From Phycisphaeraceae bacterium (lineage in GTDB: Bacteria > Planctomycetota > Phycisphaerae > Phycisphaerales > Phycisphaeraceae), in assembly GCA_963674705.1 (NCBI GenBank), contig OY771506.1, forward strand, positions 3,168,001 to 3,232,000: a DNA stretch of 64,000 nucleotides, written 5' to 3'. The position numbers were made by a program, and so were the translations under genes. The notes under the pieces were generated by a model. The model saw nothing but the letters and a program-made list of their open reading frames with translations. It searched no databases and had not been told where the DNA came from. This document shows positions 20,105 through 30,088 of this stretch, in pieces. Each line of letters opens with the position of its first letter. Position 1 is the first letter of the stretch.

Positions 20105-20151
20105 CTATATTGTCGCCTGATTCGGGGTGAAGTCAAGAAAAATCCTCGTTA

Positions 20152-20245
20152 TTTAGCCCCGGGCTTGCCCGGGATGGCCGTACATTGCTCTAAAGCCGCA
20201 CGTTTTTCTGCAACTGCGTAATCACCCCCGGCAAGCCGAGATTAA
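20152..20245. repeat. inverted REP-like pair (GGCTTGCC / GGCAAGCC cores)
   Basis: TTTAGCCCCGGGCTTGCCCGGG ... CCCCCGGCAAGCCGAGATTAA; the right arm overlaps the stop of the next gene. Confidence 0.55.
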
Positions 20246-22359
20246 CGGGGCAGGACGTACAGCGTCGCGGTTTGGCCGACGGTATCTACGGGTTGCCAGC
20301 CGGTGGCGATGAGTTGGTTGAGGGTGGCGTGGGTGACGTCGGGGTCGTGGCCGTAGGTGTTGTGCAGGCGGTCGAGTTCTGCCCAGTGGACCCAGATGTG
20401 GGTGATGCCTTGGCCGCGCAGCAGTTTGTTGACTACTTGCGGGTCGCCATCCGCTTCACGGATGAATTTACCCAAGGGTGCTTCGTCGAACGCAGATGCG
20501 TAGACGATAGTGGGTTTGAGATAGAGCAGGCCGGAGTTGTCGGCGACCAGCAGGACTTTGCTGTTTTCGGGCAGGCGGTTGATCGGGTGGTCGGCTGAAT
20601 CCAGCGGCGCATCGACCGCCATCCATATCGGTGTTTGCAGCGGTTCGCCGGTGGCGGGATCGGGGATGGTTCGTGTCTGGGAGGCGAAGGTAGTGTAACT
20701 CACCGCGATGAGTGCGATCAGAACGGCCGAACCGATCACGGGTGCGATGGTGGGAGCCTTGGCTTTAGTCAGCGTGGTTAAGCGGTCGTAACCGAGACCC
20801 GCCAAGAGGCAGGCGGGCAGTAGCGTGGGGATGAGGAATCGGCTTTGCATGTGCGTGGCAAACAGCCAGAAGCCGACCTGGATAGTAAGCATAAACAATA
20901 GTGCAGCGGCCAATCGGCGTGTGCTTTTATTGATAAAGCAAAGTATGGCAGCAACCGCTACCACGATCCAAAGGATGGGGACGCCGCCTTCGCGATCAAA
21001 GCGTGCGATGTTTTGCGTTTCGCGTGGTGTTATCCGCCCGCCGACCGCGCCGTAGCCGGTATTAAGAAGCCACTGACGGGTAAGGGCGGTGGGTTTGCCT
21101 TCGTGTTTGGGCGATAGGCCGTGCGCGGTGTCCCAGCGCTGGACAAGCTGTTCATCCCAGTGCCCGGCCCCGAGCGTTTCAGCAGCGAAGGGGAAGATGG
21201 GATTGCCGGTCTGAGAGTAGTTGCGGATGAAGTAGGGGCTAAGCGTAAGCGAGCCGACGATCGCGGCGATGAGGGCGAGTTGAACGGCATGAATACGCTT
21301 GGCGTCTTGCTGTTCCGCTGTAGTTGATTGGGAGCGATTTAGGTTGAACAGCAGGATCAGACCGATGGGGATTGCGAACATGGCGCCTGCGGTGAGTTTG
21401 CATAGGGTGGCAGCGCCGACGAGCAGGCCGATGAGCACAGCGCCGCTGCGTGTATTGCCGTGATTGCTGAAGAGTATCAGCATGGCTGCGGCGGCGAAAG
21501 CGAGCACGCCCATTTCGTTGTAGGCCATCGAGGCGGTGATGAGGATCCACGGCACGGCAAGGAACATCGCGGCCGCACCAACGCCGGCTGTTGTGTTGCT
21601 GCGATTGGCGACCGTCTTCCCGATCGTGGCTGCTGCGAGTAATCCGAGTGAAACGTGGAACAACTGGCAGGTGTAAACCGCACTGACGACGGAGCCGCTG
21701 AGCACGCCGATCAGCAGGTAACCGCCTTCGATCAGGCTGGGCAGGAAGCTGTAGACGTTGTGTTCAAGTCCGAGCATCTTGCTAGAGGCGAGCCATTCGC
21801 GCGGCAGTTGCAGGTGGTAGCTGGTGACGTCATACCCAAAGGCTTCGACACGCCAGAGCGTGCCCGGCGGACAACACGCGGCGACAAGCAGCATGGCCAA
21901 GCCCGGCATCAGAAGTACCACGCTCCACGGGATAGTGAACGTCTGTCTTTCAACGCTTTTCCCGGTTTTACTCGGCAGGAACTTCAGCAGGTTGAGCAAC
22001 GCACCAGCCCCGAACACCGCAATCGCACCCGTCTGCGACAACCAGCCGCCCCAGGCGACGATCCAGTTAACCAGCAGCAGGCAAACCATCCCGATCGCCA
22101 GTTCTTCGATGAAGTACCGTCCGGGTTTATGTATACAGAGGCGGCGCAGGGCGTAGCCGTAGCCTGCGGCGCCGATCCACAACGCTGCAAGAACCGGCAA
22201 CGCGCCTGCGATCACTTTAAAGACCGACATGACAGATTCGGGATGCTCAGGTGGTAAGCCGTTTTGTGTGGTGAACCACAACACGAGCAGGAATGTGATC
22301 GTGGACGCGATGATGCGCTGCAACACGGTGGAGCCGGATTTTCGCTCAGGATTACTCAC
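20242..22359 (-). CDS. polytopic membrane protein, GT-C (ArnT/PMT-like) glycosyltransferase candidate
   Basis: Many TMs; YDVTSYHLQLP, LCKLT, RNYSQTGNPIFPF and QSRFLIP motifs. Confidence 0.65.
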   Translation of the reverse strand: MSNPERKSGSTVLQRIIASTITFLLVLWFTTQNGLPPEHPESVMSVFKVIAGALPVLAALWIGAAGYGYALRRLCIHKPGRYFIEELAIGMVCLLLVNWIVAWGGWLSQTGAIAVFGAGALLNLLKFLPSKTGKSVERQTFTIPWSVVLLMPGLAMLLVAACCPPGTLWRVEAFGYDVTSYHLQLPREWLASSKMLGLEHNVYSFLPSLIEGGYLLIGVLSGSVVSAVYTCQLFHVSLGLLAAATIGKTVANRSNTTAGVGAAAMFLAVPWILITASMAYNEMGVLAFAAAAMLILFSNHGNTRSGAVLIGLLVGAATLCKLTAGAMFAIPIGLILLFNLNRSQSTTAEQQDAKRIHAVQLALIAAIVGSLTLSPYFIRNYSQTGNPIFPFAAETLGAGHWDEQLVQRWDTAHGLSPKHEGKPTALTRQWLLNTGYGAVGGRITPRETQNIARFDREGGVPILWIVVAVAAILCFINKSTRRLAAALLFMLTIQVGFWLFATHMQSRFLIPTLLPACLLAGLGYDRLTTLTKAKAPTIAPVIGSAVLIALIAVSYTTFASQTRTIPDPATGEPLQTPIWMAVDAPLDSADHPINRLPENSKVLLVADNSGLLYLKPTIVYASAFDEAPLGKFIREADGDPQVVNKLLRGQGITHIWVHWAELDRLHNTYGHDPDVTHATLNQLIATGWQPVDTVGQTATLYVLPR

Positions 22360-23725
22360 GCGAAGAGTTTACATCAGTCGCATAGTTTTGGTTAGCTGCG
22401 GTGCTTGATTGATGACTTGATGAGCCATCGGCATCCTGTTGCTCGACGAGGTCGAACAACCGCCTGATGGCGGCGGCGTAAAAGCCCAGCGGGGCATCCG
22501 GCTTATGACGATCAAGCTGTTCCAGCGGCAGGTGAAGGAATTTATTGATCAGCCGGCGGGTGTGTTCGTTGAGTGCTTCCTCGACCTCGCCTGGATCACT
22601 GTTCTGCGCCAGCTTTCGCAGTGTACGTTGGCTTTCGATGTCACCCATATCGTGGAGCTTGGTTCGCAGCCTGCGGATGAGCTGGCCAAGGTCGGCGTGG
22701 CGGACCTGGTTCATGCACACAGCGGCCGCATGGGTGATCAGTTGCTCACAGGCTTCGGCTTCACGATTGCGTTGGCCAAAGCCATGCTCGATCTGCTCCT
22801 TCAGATCATCGAGGTTGTACAGGTAAACATTGGACATAGACCCCAGCGCCGGATCGATGTCACGCGGCACCGCCAGGTCGATAAAAACAATCGGCCGACC
22901 ACGACGGTGTTTATGGATATGTGTAAAACGCCTGGTAGTGAGGATCGGTTCGGTAGCGCTAGTGCTGCATATCACGACGTCGGCTTCTGCGAGCAGAGCG
23001 TCGAGTTGATTCCACGGCCGAACGCCGCCGACCGATTCGTGCAGGTTGATGCTTTGTGATAATTTGCCAGCTATTTCTCCCGTCCGGTTAACGAGCCAGA
23101 GTCGGTGTGGCTTGAGGGCAAGGATGTGCTGTAGCGTCAGCTCGGCGATCTCACCCGCGCCGATGCCGACGATTGTTTTGCTGTTCAAATCAGGGATGAC
23201 CTGTTTAGTAAGGTCTGCCGCAACGGAACCGATGGAGACGCGGCCGGCATCGATCCCGGTCGTCGTTCGCGCCTGCTTGGCGGTAGCGATCGCTTGCTGG
23301 AAGATACGATGCAGGACGGGGCCGACGTAGCCTTGGCTCGCCGCTGATTCATAGGCACGTTTGACCTGCCCGAGGACCTGCGCCTCACCGAGCACCATCG
23401 AATCCAGGCCACAGCAGACGCGGAACAGATGTGCCACCGCCTGCTCCTGTTCCCTGATAATGCAGGCCGAGGCGAGTTTATCGAACGGCAAGTCGAAGTA
23501 TTCAGCGATGAATGCTCTTAATGATTCAGGTTTGGGTGGGCTGTAGATCGGGCGTGCGATGTAGAGTTCGTAGCGGTTACACGTAGATATTGCGGCGGCT
23601 TCAATCCCGGGATAGCGATCCCTTGCAGCTTGCAGAAAAAGGCTTGTGTCGCCGGCTTCAGCGAACCGTTCGCGCAATTCAAGCGGGGCGTGGTGGTGGT
23701 TTATACTGATGAGTATCACACGCAT
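22352..23725 (-). CDS. hemA: glutamyl-tRNA reductase
   Basis: ISTCNRYE, GLDSMVLGEAQVLGQVK, GAGEIA and IDLAVPRDI motifs. Confidence 0.95.
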   Translation of the reverse strand: MRVILISINHHHAPLELRERFAEAGDTSLFLQAARDRYPGIEAAAISTCNRYELYIARPIYSPPKPESLRAFIAEYFDLPFDKLASACIIREQEQAVAHLFRVCCGLDSMVLGEAQVLGQVKRAYESAASQGYVGPVLHRIFQQAIATAKQARTTTGIDAGRVSIGSVAADLTKQVIPDLNSKTIVGIGAGEIAELTLQHILALKPHRLWLVNRTGEIAGKLSQSINLHESVGGVRPWNQLDALLAEADVVICSTSATEPILTTRRFTHIHKHRRGRPIVFIDLAVPRDIDPALGSMSNVYLYNLDDLKEQIEHGFGQRNREAEACEQLITHAAAVCMNQVRHADLGQLIRRLRTKLHDMGDIESQRTLRKLAQNSDPGEVEEALNEHTRRLINKFLHLPLEQLDRHKPDAPLGFYAAAIRRLFDLVEQQDADGSSSHQSSTAANQNYATDVNSSRE

Positions 23726-23809
23726 CGCTGAGGCTTTCCGCGGTCGACTTCCCGAATACTATCGTTGTGTTACTGAGAAACTGCCCGTTTTGTCCGTAAT
23801 CGCCTTACG

Positions 23810-24421
23810 CTAGAGCGTTTCATAATACGCGCGTAACGCGTCCTCGCCCGAGCCTTTCAGGATAGCCAGGGCTTTGTCATCAGACAAACATCTGAGCTTT
23901 TTTTGCCTGAGATCGGCGTCCTGTACCTGCTGCTGGATTTTAGCGCGGTAGGGCTGGGCACAAGCCAGCAAACGCAACCAGTCCTCGTCCAGATGCGATA
24001 GCACTTGGTCCCGGATCGTGGCGGATGCAGCGGCGGAGATGCCATCGGTACTGACAGCGAGCATGATCGGACCGCGGTAAGAGTGGGCCGGGATGATGAA
24101 GTCGCCTGATTCGGGTGCGTCGACACGGTTGACCAACGCGCTATCTGCACGGGCGTCATTTGCGACGGTTTCATTCACTTGCGGGTTGTCTGTGGCGGCG
24201 ATGACAAGGAATGCGCCTTTGGTGTCACCATGTTTGTAAGTACGTTGATGAAGTTCAATGGGTAATGTCTGGAAGTCGGGCTCGCAATCTTCTGCGACAA
24301 CAGCCACAGCAGCGCCGGCTTCAAGCAATGCACGGGTTCGACGTAGCGCGACCGGCCCGCCGCCGACAATCAGGCAGCGTTTATCCCGGATGTTCAAACA
24401 AAGCGGCAGGTTCGGCATCAC
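23810..24421 (-). CDS. precorrin-2 dehydrogenase/sirohydrochlorin ferrochelatase (CysG N-terminal/SirC-like)
   Basis: LIVGGGPVALRR, AATDN, VNRVDAP..DFIIP, AVSTDG. Confidence 0.9.
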   Translation of the reverse strand: MMPNLPLCLNIRDKRCLIVGGGPVALRRTRALLEAGAAVAVVAEDCEPDFQTLPIELHQRTYKHGDTKGAFLVIAATDNPQVNETVANDARADSALVNRVDAPESGDFIIPAHSYRGPIMLAVSTDGISAAASATIRDQVLSHLDEDWLRLLACAQPYRAKIQQQVQDADLRQKKLRCLSDDKALAILKGSGEDALRAYYETL

Positions 24422-24491
24422 TCACCAGTCTAGCGACTGATAGAGAAGTTATCGCCAATCGCTGACCGCTTACTACATTTGGGCCTGTTCC

Positions 24492-25184
24492 CTACGCTCC
24501 AGTTCTTTTGTGATGTTGGTTCGGCGGTTCCGCAAGCCGGGGGGTAGGCCAACATCGCGCTGGCGTCGGTCCGTAACCCTGAACTTGAACTTCTCGGCCG
24601 TGCTCGCCGGCGCGGGTGGCCTCGATGGCGGCATTGAGCGCCAGCAGGTTCGTCTGATCCGCGATATCGTTGATCACATTGATGATCTGGCCGATCTGTT
24701 CGCCACGCTTACCGAGTTCAGAAACGCTGGCGGCACTGGCGTCCACCACCTCGGCGATCGATTGCATGCCTAGGATCGTGTCTTTAATCACCTCGCCACC
24801 TTCCGAGGCAACACGCCCTGAGTCCTCAGCGGACCTGCTGCCTCGGTGCTCTTGCCTCCAACTTCGACGACACTGGCGGACATCTGCTCCACCGCGGAAC
24901 TGATCTGCAACTTCTGGTTTGCCTGCGTCAAGTGTCTGCTTCAAGTCAGCCAGCAGAGCCTGTGTGTCAAAAGTACCCTCGTTATTCAGTCGTGAGGTGT
25001 GGTTTTTGGCTTCATCGGCGACGGCGGTGAAGGACGCGGCTTTCTCGACCAGGCCGGCTTCCGGGGTGTGGTAGTACATATTCGCTATCACAGCGTAGTT
25101 CACCGCAACGAGGGAAAGGATCGCAAGCACGACGATCGCAATGATTCTGGTCCGTAGTGTGATTGAATGAAGGAAGTGACTCAT
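24492..25184 (-). pseudogene. internally deleted methyl-accepting chemotaxis protein
   Basis: N-terminal TM and start of a sensor domain joined directly to IADQTNLLALNAAIEATRAGEHGR, then an abrupt end before GFAVVA; no second TM or HAMP. Confidence 0.8.
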
Positions 25185-25440
25185 ACTCAAACTCACCTTT
25201 GCTGTTAAAGGCTTACCCCGCCCAGGAGTACTTCGCATCTGCAACGCTAACGCGCGAACAAGTGATCCCGCAGACAGGGTTTGGATCGGGTCTGGATATG
25301 AAAGACTTAATGCTATATTTGTTGATGTGGCGTGAGGTTATCTCGGGTATTGAGATCGGCAAATCTGTACTAACCTGTGGGTCACTCAGGTGAATCCACC
25401 TGCACTTCACGCTTGCAAATACAGTGCTATCATGATCTTT

Positions 25441-26820
25441 ATGCCCGACCTGTGGGAGCAAACCCGTCAAAAGCATCTCGTCGCCGCCCAGCCGTTGGCG
25501 GTTCGGATGCGTCCGCGCAGTTTAAAAGAATTTTCCGGCCAGCAACATTTTCTGGGTGAGGGCAAATTGTTGCGACGGATGCTTCAGGCCGACAGACTAA
25601 CCAGTGTCATCTTTTACGGCCCGCCGGGGACGGGCAAAACCACGCTCGCGGAATTGATCGCCGCTTATACCAAACGCCACTTCGATCGTGCGAACGCGGC
25701 CGCGATCGGCGTCAAGGACGTACGCGAGGTTCTGAATCACGCCAGACGCCGGCTGGAAGCGGACGGCAAACGCACGATCTTTTTCCTGGATGAAATCCAC
25801 CGGTTTAACCGTGCACAACAGGATGTTCTTCTGGGGGACGTCGAACGCGGCATCATTACCTTGATCGGAGCGACGACGGAGAACCCTTTCTTCGCGATCA
25901 ACTCGCCGCTGGTAAGCCGGTCCCAGGTTTTTCAGTTTAAGCCGCTGGATGAGGAGGCGGTAGGGGAGTTGGTCCGTAACGCGCTGAATGATGAAGAGCG
26001 AGGTTACGGCAAGTTGAACATCACGATCGACGACGACGCCATCGCGCATTGGGCGATCGCCTGCGATGGGGATGCCCGTCGTGCGCTGACGGCGCTGGAG
26101 ATCGCGGTGTTGTCGTCTGCCCCCCAAACTGATGGGCCCGACCAGCAGGCGGCCATCCATATCGATCTGGAAGTGGCCGAGCAATCGATCCAGCAGAAGG
26201 CCCCGGTCTATGATGGCACGGGGGACGAGCATTACGACGCGATCTCGGCGTTTATCAAGTCGATGCGAGGCAGCGACCCGGATGCGGCGCTGTACTGGCT
26301 GGCGAAGATGCTGCATGCGGGGGAAGACCCCATGTTCATCGCCCGGCGGATCGCGATCCTGGCAAGCGAAGATGTGGGCAACGCCGATCCGCAAGCGATT
26401 CAGGTAGCCGCCGCGGCGTACGAGATCACCCACCGGGTGGGATTGCCTGAGTGCCAACTCACCCTGGCTCAGGCGGTTACCTATCTGGCGACCGCCCCGA
26501 AGAGCAACGCAGTGACCCTGGCGATTGGGGCAGCCATGGAGGATGTGCGTAACAACCGGACCGTCCCCGTACCTATGGCCCTGCGCGACGGGCATTACAA
26601 GGGCGCCAAGCAGCTCGGGCACGGCCAAGGCTACCAGTATGCCCACAACAGCGAGACCGGCTTTGTGGACCAGGACTACCTCGGCGTTGAGAAGTCCTAC
26701 TACCAGCCGCGGGAGCGGGGGTATGAGCGGACGATCCTGAAGTACATGCAGTGGATCGACTCACAGCGTGTCAAGCCACGGCTGCCCGGCAAGAACGACC
26801 AGCAGCCGTCCGAGGATTGA
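25441..26820 (+). CDS. rarA: replication-associated recombination protein A (RarA/MgsA)
   Basis: PLAVRMRP, GPPGTGKT, DEIHRFN, GATTENP, SAFIKSMRGSDPDA, ASEDVGNADP. Confidence 0.95.
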   Translation: MPDLWEQTRQKHLVAAQPLAVRMRPRSLKEFSGQQHFLGEGKLLRRMLQADRLTSVIFYGPPGTGKTTLAELIAAYTKRHFDRANAAAIGVKDVREVLNHARRRLEADGKRTIFFLDEIHRFNRAQQDVLLGDVERGIITLIGATTENPFFAINSPLVSRSQVFQFKPLDEEAVGELVRNALNDEERGYGKLNITIDDDAIAHWAIACDGDARRALTALEIAVLSSAPQTDGPDQQAAIHIDLEVAEQSIQQKAPVYDGTGDEHYDAISAFIKSMRGSDPDAALYWLAKMLHAGEDPMFIARRIAILASEDVGNADPQAIQVAAAAYEITHRVGLPECQLTLAQAVTYLATAPKSNAVTLAIGAAMEDVRNNRTVPVPMALRDGHYKGAKQLGHGQGYQYAHNSETGFVDQDYLGVEKSYYQPRERGYERTILKYMQWIDSQRVKPRLPGKNDQQPSED

Positions 26821-26980
26821 TACGCATATCGCCTGCTCGCCTGTTCCCCTGCTCTACCAACTCACACCTGCCAGTTTGGCGTAACAAAGCCTATCCTGCC
26901 GATGTAGATAGGGGGGATTGCGCCCTCAAAGCTGTATGCTGGCCTGAAACAGGCCTATAGTCGACAAGGAGGTCACTCTT

Positions 26981-28198
26981 ATGGTGCTCAGTTCACAAAC
27001 ACCCCGCGCAGGCATGTCCAGGATGTACATGTCCTCCAGGCGGAAGTCCGGTGCAAAGTGGGGCTGGTTGTTTTTGATCGGTGTGGCATTGGTGTCATTG
27101 TGGATGTTTGGCGTCTTCTCGGGCGGTGATTCCGGGGCAGGCACGGAACAAGGGGGGATAAGCCCGGCCAGTGCCAACGCCGATCCGGGCGCGTCAGGTG
27201 GGATGGCTCTGGATCCAGCCGAAGCCGACTCGCGCCGCCCCCAATCCGTAAATGAACTACCGCCTGCCAGCAGCAATCCGACGCAAGCCTCAGAGCCAGT
27301 CACGTTGACTATCGGTGTGGGAGAAACCCGCAACGCCACGACCACAACTTCTCAACCGCCAAGACAGTCGGTTGCTTCCCCGAACACGTCGGATCAATCC
27401 AACCGGTCGACGACACGCACTTCAAGCAACGCCGGCACCGAACTGAATCGCGGCATGAACCTGATCCGTGAAGGCCGGCTCGTTCAAGGCCGGCGCGTTC
27501 TAAGCCAACTGCTGACCGCTGATAGCGGGAGCCTCTCGGCGCTCGATGCCCAGACGGTTCGCGACACGTTAGCCAGCGTCAACAAGCAACTGGTCTTTTC
27601 CGATGAAGTGCTGCCCGGCGATCCGCTGGCCGAGTCCTACGTCGTGCAACGCGGTGACTACCTTTCGCGGATCGCGCCGAAGTATGGCGTTCCTTATCAG
27701 TTCATCGAGTTGATCAACAACACCCCGGCCGAACGGCTTCAGGCCGGCAAGGCGATCAAGCTGATCAATGGGCCTTTTAATTTACGTATCAGTAAACGTG
27801 ACTTCCGGATGGATGTTTATGTCAATGATAAAGACGGCACGCCGTTGTATATCCGAAGCTTCACTGTAGGTCTTGGTGAAGCGGATTCCACACCGATGGG
27901 ATCATTCGTTATTGCACCCGGTTCGAAGGTGGAAAATCCTTCTTGGCGCAACCCACGCACGGGTGAATTTTTCGGGCGTGACGATCCGAAGAATCCGATC
28001 GGTGAATACTGGCTTGCATTAAAAGGAACCGACCCGCAGTCTGAATCGCTTAGTGGTTACGGCATTCACGGCACGATCGATCCGGACTCCATCGGACGCG
28101 AAGCCTCGATGGGATGTGTCCGTATGAGCGACAAGGATATTAAACTTATTTACAATATGCTTGAGCCCGGCAAGAGCACCGTGCAGATCACCTGGTGA
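26981..28198 (+). CDS. LysM + L,D-transpeptidase (YkuD) protein
   Basis: N-terminal TM; LysM YVVQRGDYLSRIA; catalytic GIHGT...SMGCVRM. Confidence 0.92.
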   Translation: MVLSSQTPRAGMSRMYMSSRRKSGAKWGWLFLIGVALVSLWMFGVFSGGDSGAGTEQGGISPASANADPGASGGMALDPAEADSRRPQSVNELPPASSNPTQASEPVTLTIGVGETRNATTTTSQPPRQSVASPNTSDQSNRSTTRTSSNAGTELNRGMNLIREGRLVQGRRVLSQLLTADSGSLSALDAQTVRDTLASVNKQLVFSDEVLPGDPLAESYVVQRGDYLSRIAPKYGVPYQFIELINNTPAERLQAGKAIKLINGPFNLRISKRDFRMDVYVNDKDGTPLYIRSFTVGLGEADSTPMGSFVIAPGSKVENPSWRNPRTGEFFGRDDPKNPIGEYWLALKGTDPQSESLSGYGIHGTIDPDSIGREASMGCVRMSDKDIKLIYNMLEPGKSTVQITW

Positions 28199-28389
28199 TG
28201 AGGTTGTCGCCGACATTAGATCAAGAGCTATGGTGATTATAAAAATGTCAGGCTGGTTAAACTGGGTTATTTAAGGCCGTTAATCCTGATTACTCAGTAG
28301 TTTCCGGTCGGCGAAAAGAGGCTAAAAACAGCAAGAAATTGCCCGCAAACGGTTGCTTTACGGCACCGCAGGTTATATATTAATAATGC

Positions 28390-28672
28390 AGATCGCGGAG
28401 GGTGAACGGAGGAGGAGAAACCACCGCCCACCTTAGCCGAGAGTGTCGTGTCTGAAAAGACACGTTTATTTTCGTGCTATCGCTGACTGCTGCACCACTG
28501 CTTGGAGGGGAATCCGTATGGTAGTGGTGTATTCACACGGCCCAAAACCGTGTGCAACAGGATTCCGTGATACAAGAGCCTGGGTATCTAAGCCCGAGGT
28601 TCGTATCCCGAAATAAGCTTTCTCCCCTCCGTGGTGACCGGGCGCGATGCATCGCCCCGGCCGCCTTTTTTT
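28390..28672 (+). ncRNA. candidate large structured RNA, family unrecognised
   Basis: Promoter TTGCTT(28353)-N17-TATATT; end-to-end pairing 28406-28420/28619-28632; four internal hairpins; GC hairpin plus U7 terminator; lies between convergent genes. Confidence 0.65.
28633..28672 (+). terminator. intrinsic terminator
   Basis: GGTGACCGGGCGCGATGCATCGCCCCGGCCGCC followed by TTTTTTT. Confidence 0.85.
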
Positions 28673-28785
28673 ATGCGCCGACCACACTCATTCCCGAAGC
28701 GCTTTGTTGATGTAGGTATATACCCTTAGGTGCGCAATAGGTGCATATTTGGATTTGTGGAAATAACAACAATTCAACGGCAAGC

Positions 28786-29535
28786 TTAATCGCCCATCAG
28801 CACAAGTTCGTTTCGGATCGCCCGCAGCACCTGCAGCTGCTCAGACGACCACGCGGTTGGGGATGGCGTTGGGGATGGCTCATCATCATACCTGTCGTCA
28901 CCTAAGCCGGCGGATTTGGTCGCTTTGAGTTTGACCATGATCCGGTCACGCAACGCCCAGGCGTCGGCGACGCCCTCGACACGTCCCTGATTGAGCGCGG
29001 CTTGTGATTGGTCCTGGCCGCCACCCGAGCCGGCGGTTTCTACGATCAGGTCAGCGATACCGAAGTGGCGTTGGAGCGGGCCCTGGACGACCTTGACGTT
29101 CTGAACGTTTTCAAACGTGAAAGTCATTTCGTGGATGATCCAGATGCCCCGGCGGATACGCAGGCTGCGGTCACTCATCACGTACCACGTCGTGTCGTAC
29201 TTCAGATGAACCGCGACATAGGCGACGATGTCCGGCAAGACAGCCAAGGCCAACGCCGGTATCGCCAGCAGTATGCCCGCCACTGGCACCGCTATGGTTA
29301 ACACCAGCCAGCCGATGAAGATCGCGATGTCAATAATGAGTAGCCCGATCCAGAACCAGAGCTTCAGATACTTCAAAAAACCTATTGCGGGTTTGAACGC
29401 GTCCGGTTCTTCCCCGGGCTCGGTCGGCAGGGTGGGGGGCGTTTGAGGCACACGGAACCAGTTGGACAGAATCTGCCAGGTCCCGGTGTACAAAAACTCC
29501 GCCGCACGTTCGGTCTGTTTTTCAAGCGCTGCCAT
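28786..29535 (-). CDS. bacterial PH (bPH_2) domain membrane protein
   Basis: Two TMs then LRIRRGIW, NVQNVKVVQGPLQRHFGIADLIVETAG. Confidence 0.88.
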   Translation of the reverse strand: MAALEKQTERAAEFLYTGTWQILSNWFRVPQTPPTLPTEPGEEPDAFKPAIGFLKYLKLWFWIGLLIIDIAIFIGWLVLTIAVPVAGILLAIPALALAVLPDIVAYVAVHLKYDTTWYVMSDRSLRIRRGIWIIHEMTFTFENVQNVKVVQGPLQRHFGIADLIVETAGSGGGQDQSQAALNQGRVEGVADAWALRDRIMVKLKATKSAGLGDDRYDDEPSPTPSPTAWSSEQLQVLRAIRNELVLMGD

Positions 29536-30088
29536 CGGTCACCTCCCCACTTTGACGTTGTGACCGCATGGCTTTGACCTGCACCAGGATTTCACGCAAC
29601 AGTTCAAGTGCTTCATCCCGGCCGGATTCGGCATGTTGTTCGGTTGTGGTTTCAGATTCAGCGGATTGTTCTGCGGTGGTTACCCCTCGGCTGCCGCGCA
29701 TTTTTGCATAGAGGTAATCCCGCAGGCCCTGCGGGTCGCCGATGCCTTCGATCGCCATCTGTGCGCCGGATGAACCCGATGCGGTCTGCACCGAAACCGT
29801 CGCCAGGCCAAGCTGGCGTTGTATAATGCCGCGGGAAACATGGATGTCCTGGATACGCCGATATGTCAGGAATATCTCCCGTCTGAACAGCACGCCCCAC
29901 GACATGGTGATGCCATCATCATCGAACTTGTATCGCAGTGTGTGGTATCTGAAGATCAACGGCAGGATGAAAAAGGGAAAACCAACGACCGTTAACAGCG
30001 AGACAATGATGTAGTAATTCAACAATGCCCGGACCGGTCGGGTGGTTGTCTTTGGATCGAATGGTTGGGTGGGTGTATCCCTGGACAT
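29522..30088 (-). CDS. bacterial PH (bPH_2) domain membrane protein
   Basis: YRRIQDIHVSRGIIQRQLGLATVSVQTASG; GGAGG SD before ATG 30088; overlaps its partner gene. Confidence 0.88.
   Translation of the reverse strand: MSRDTPTQPFDPKTTTRPVRALLNYYIIVSLLTVVGFPFFILPLIFRYHTLRYKFDDDGITMSWGVLFRREIFLTYRRIQDIHVSRGIIQRQLGLATVSVQTASGSSGAQMAIEGIGDPQGLRDYLYAKMRGSRGVTTAEQSAESETTTEQHAESGRDEALELLREILVQVKAMRSQRQSGEVTDGSA

Noticed and set aside
25597..26646. 349-aa minus-strand ORF
   Set aside because: Antisense shadow of rarA in GC-rich DNA, no recognisable motifs
28390..28672. RNase P RNA, tmRNA, SRP RNA or a riboswitch
   Set aside because: No GAGGAAAGUCC, no tRNA-like TTCGA..CCA end, no SRP GGAAG loop motif, and no same-strand downstream gene to regulate
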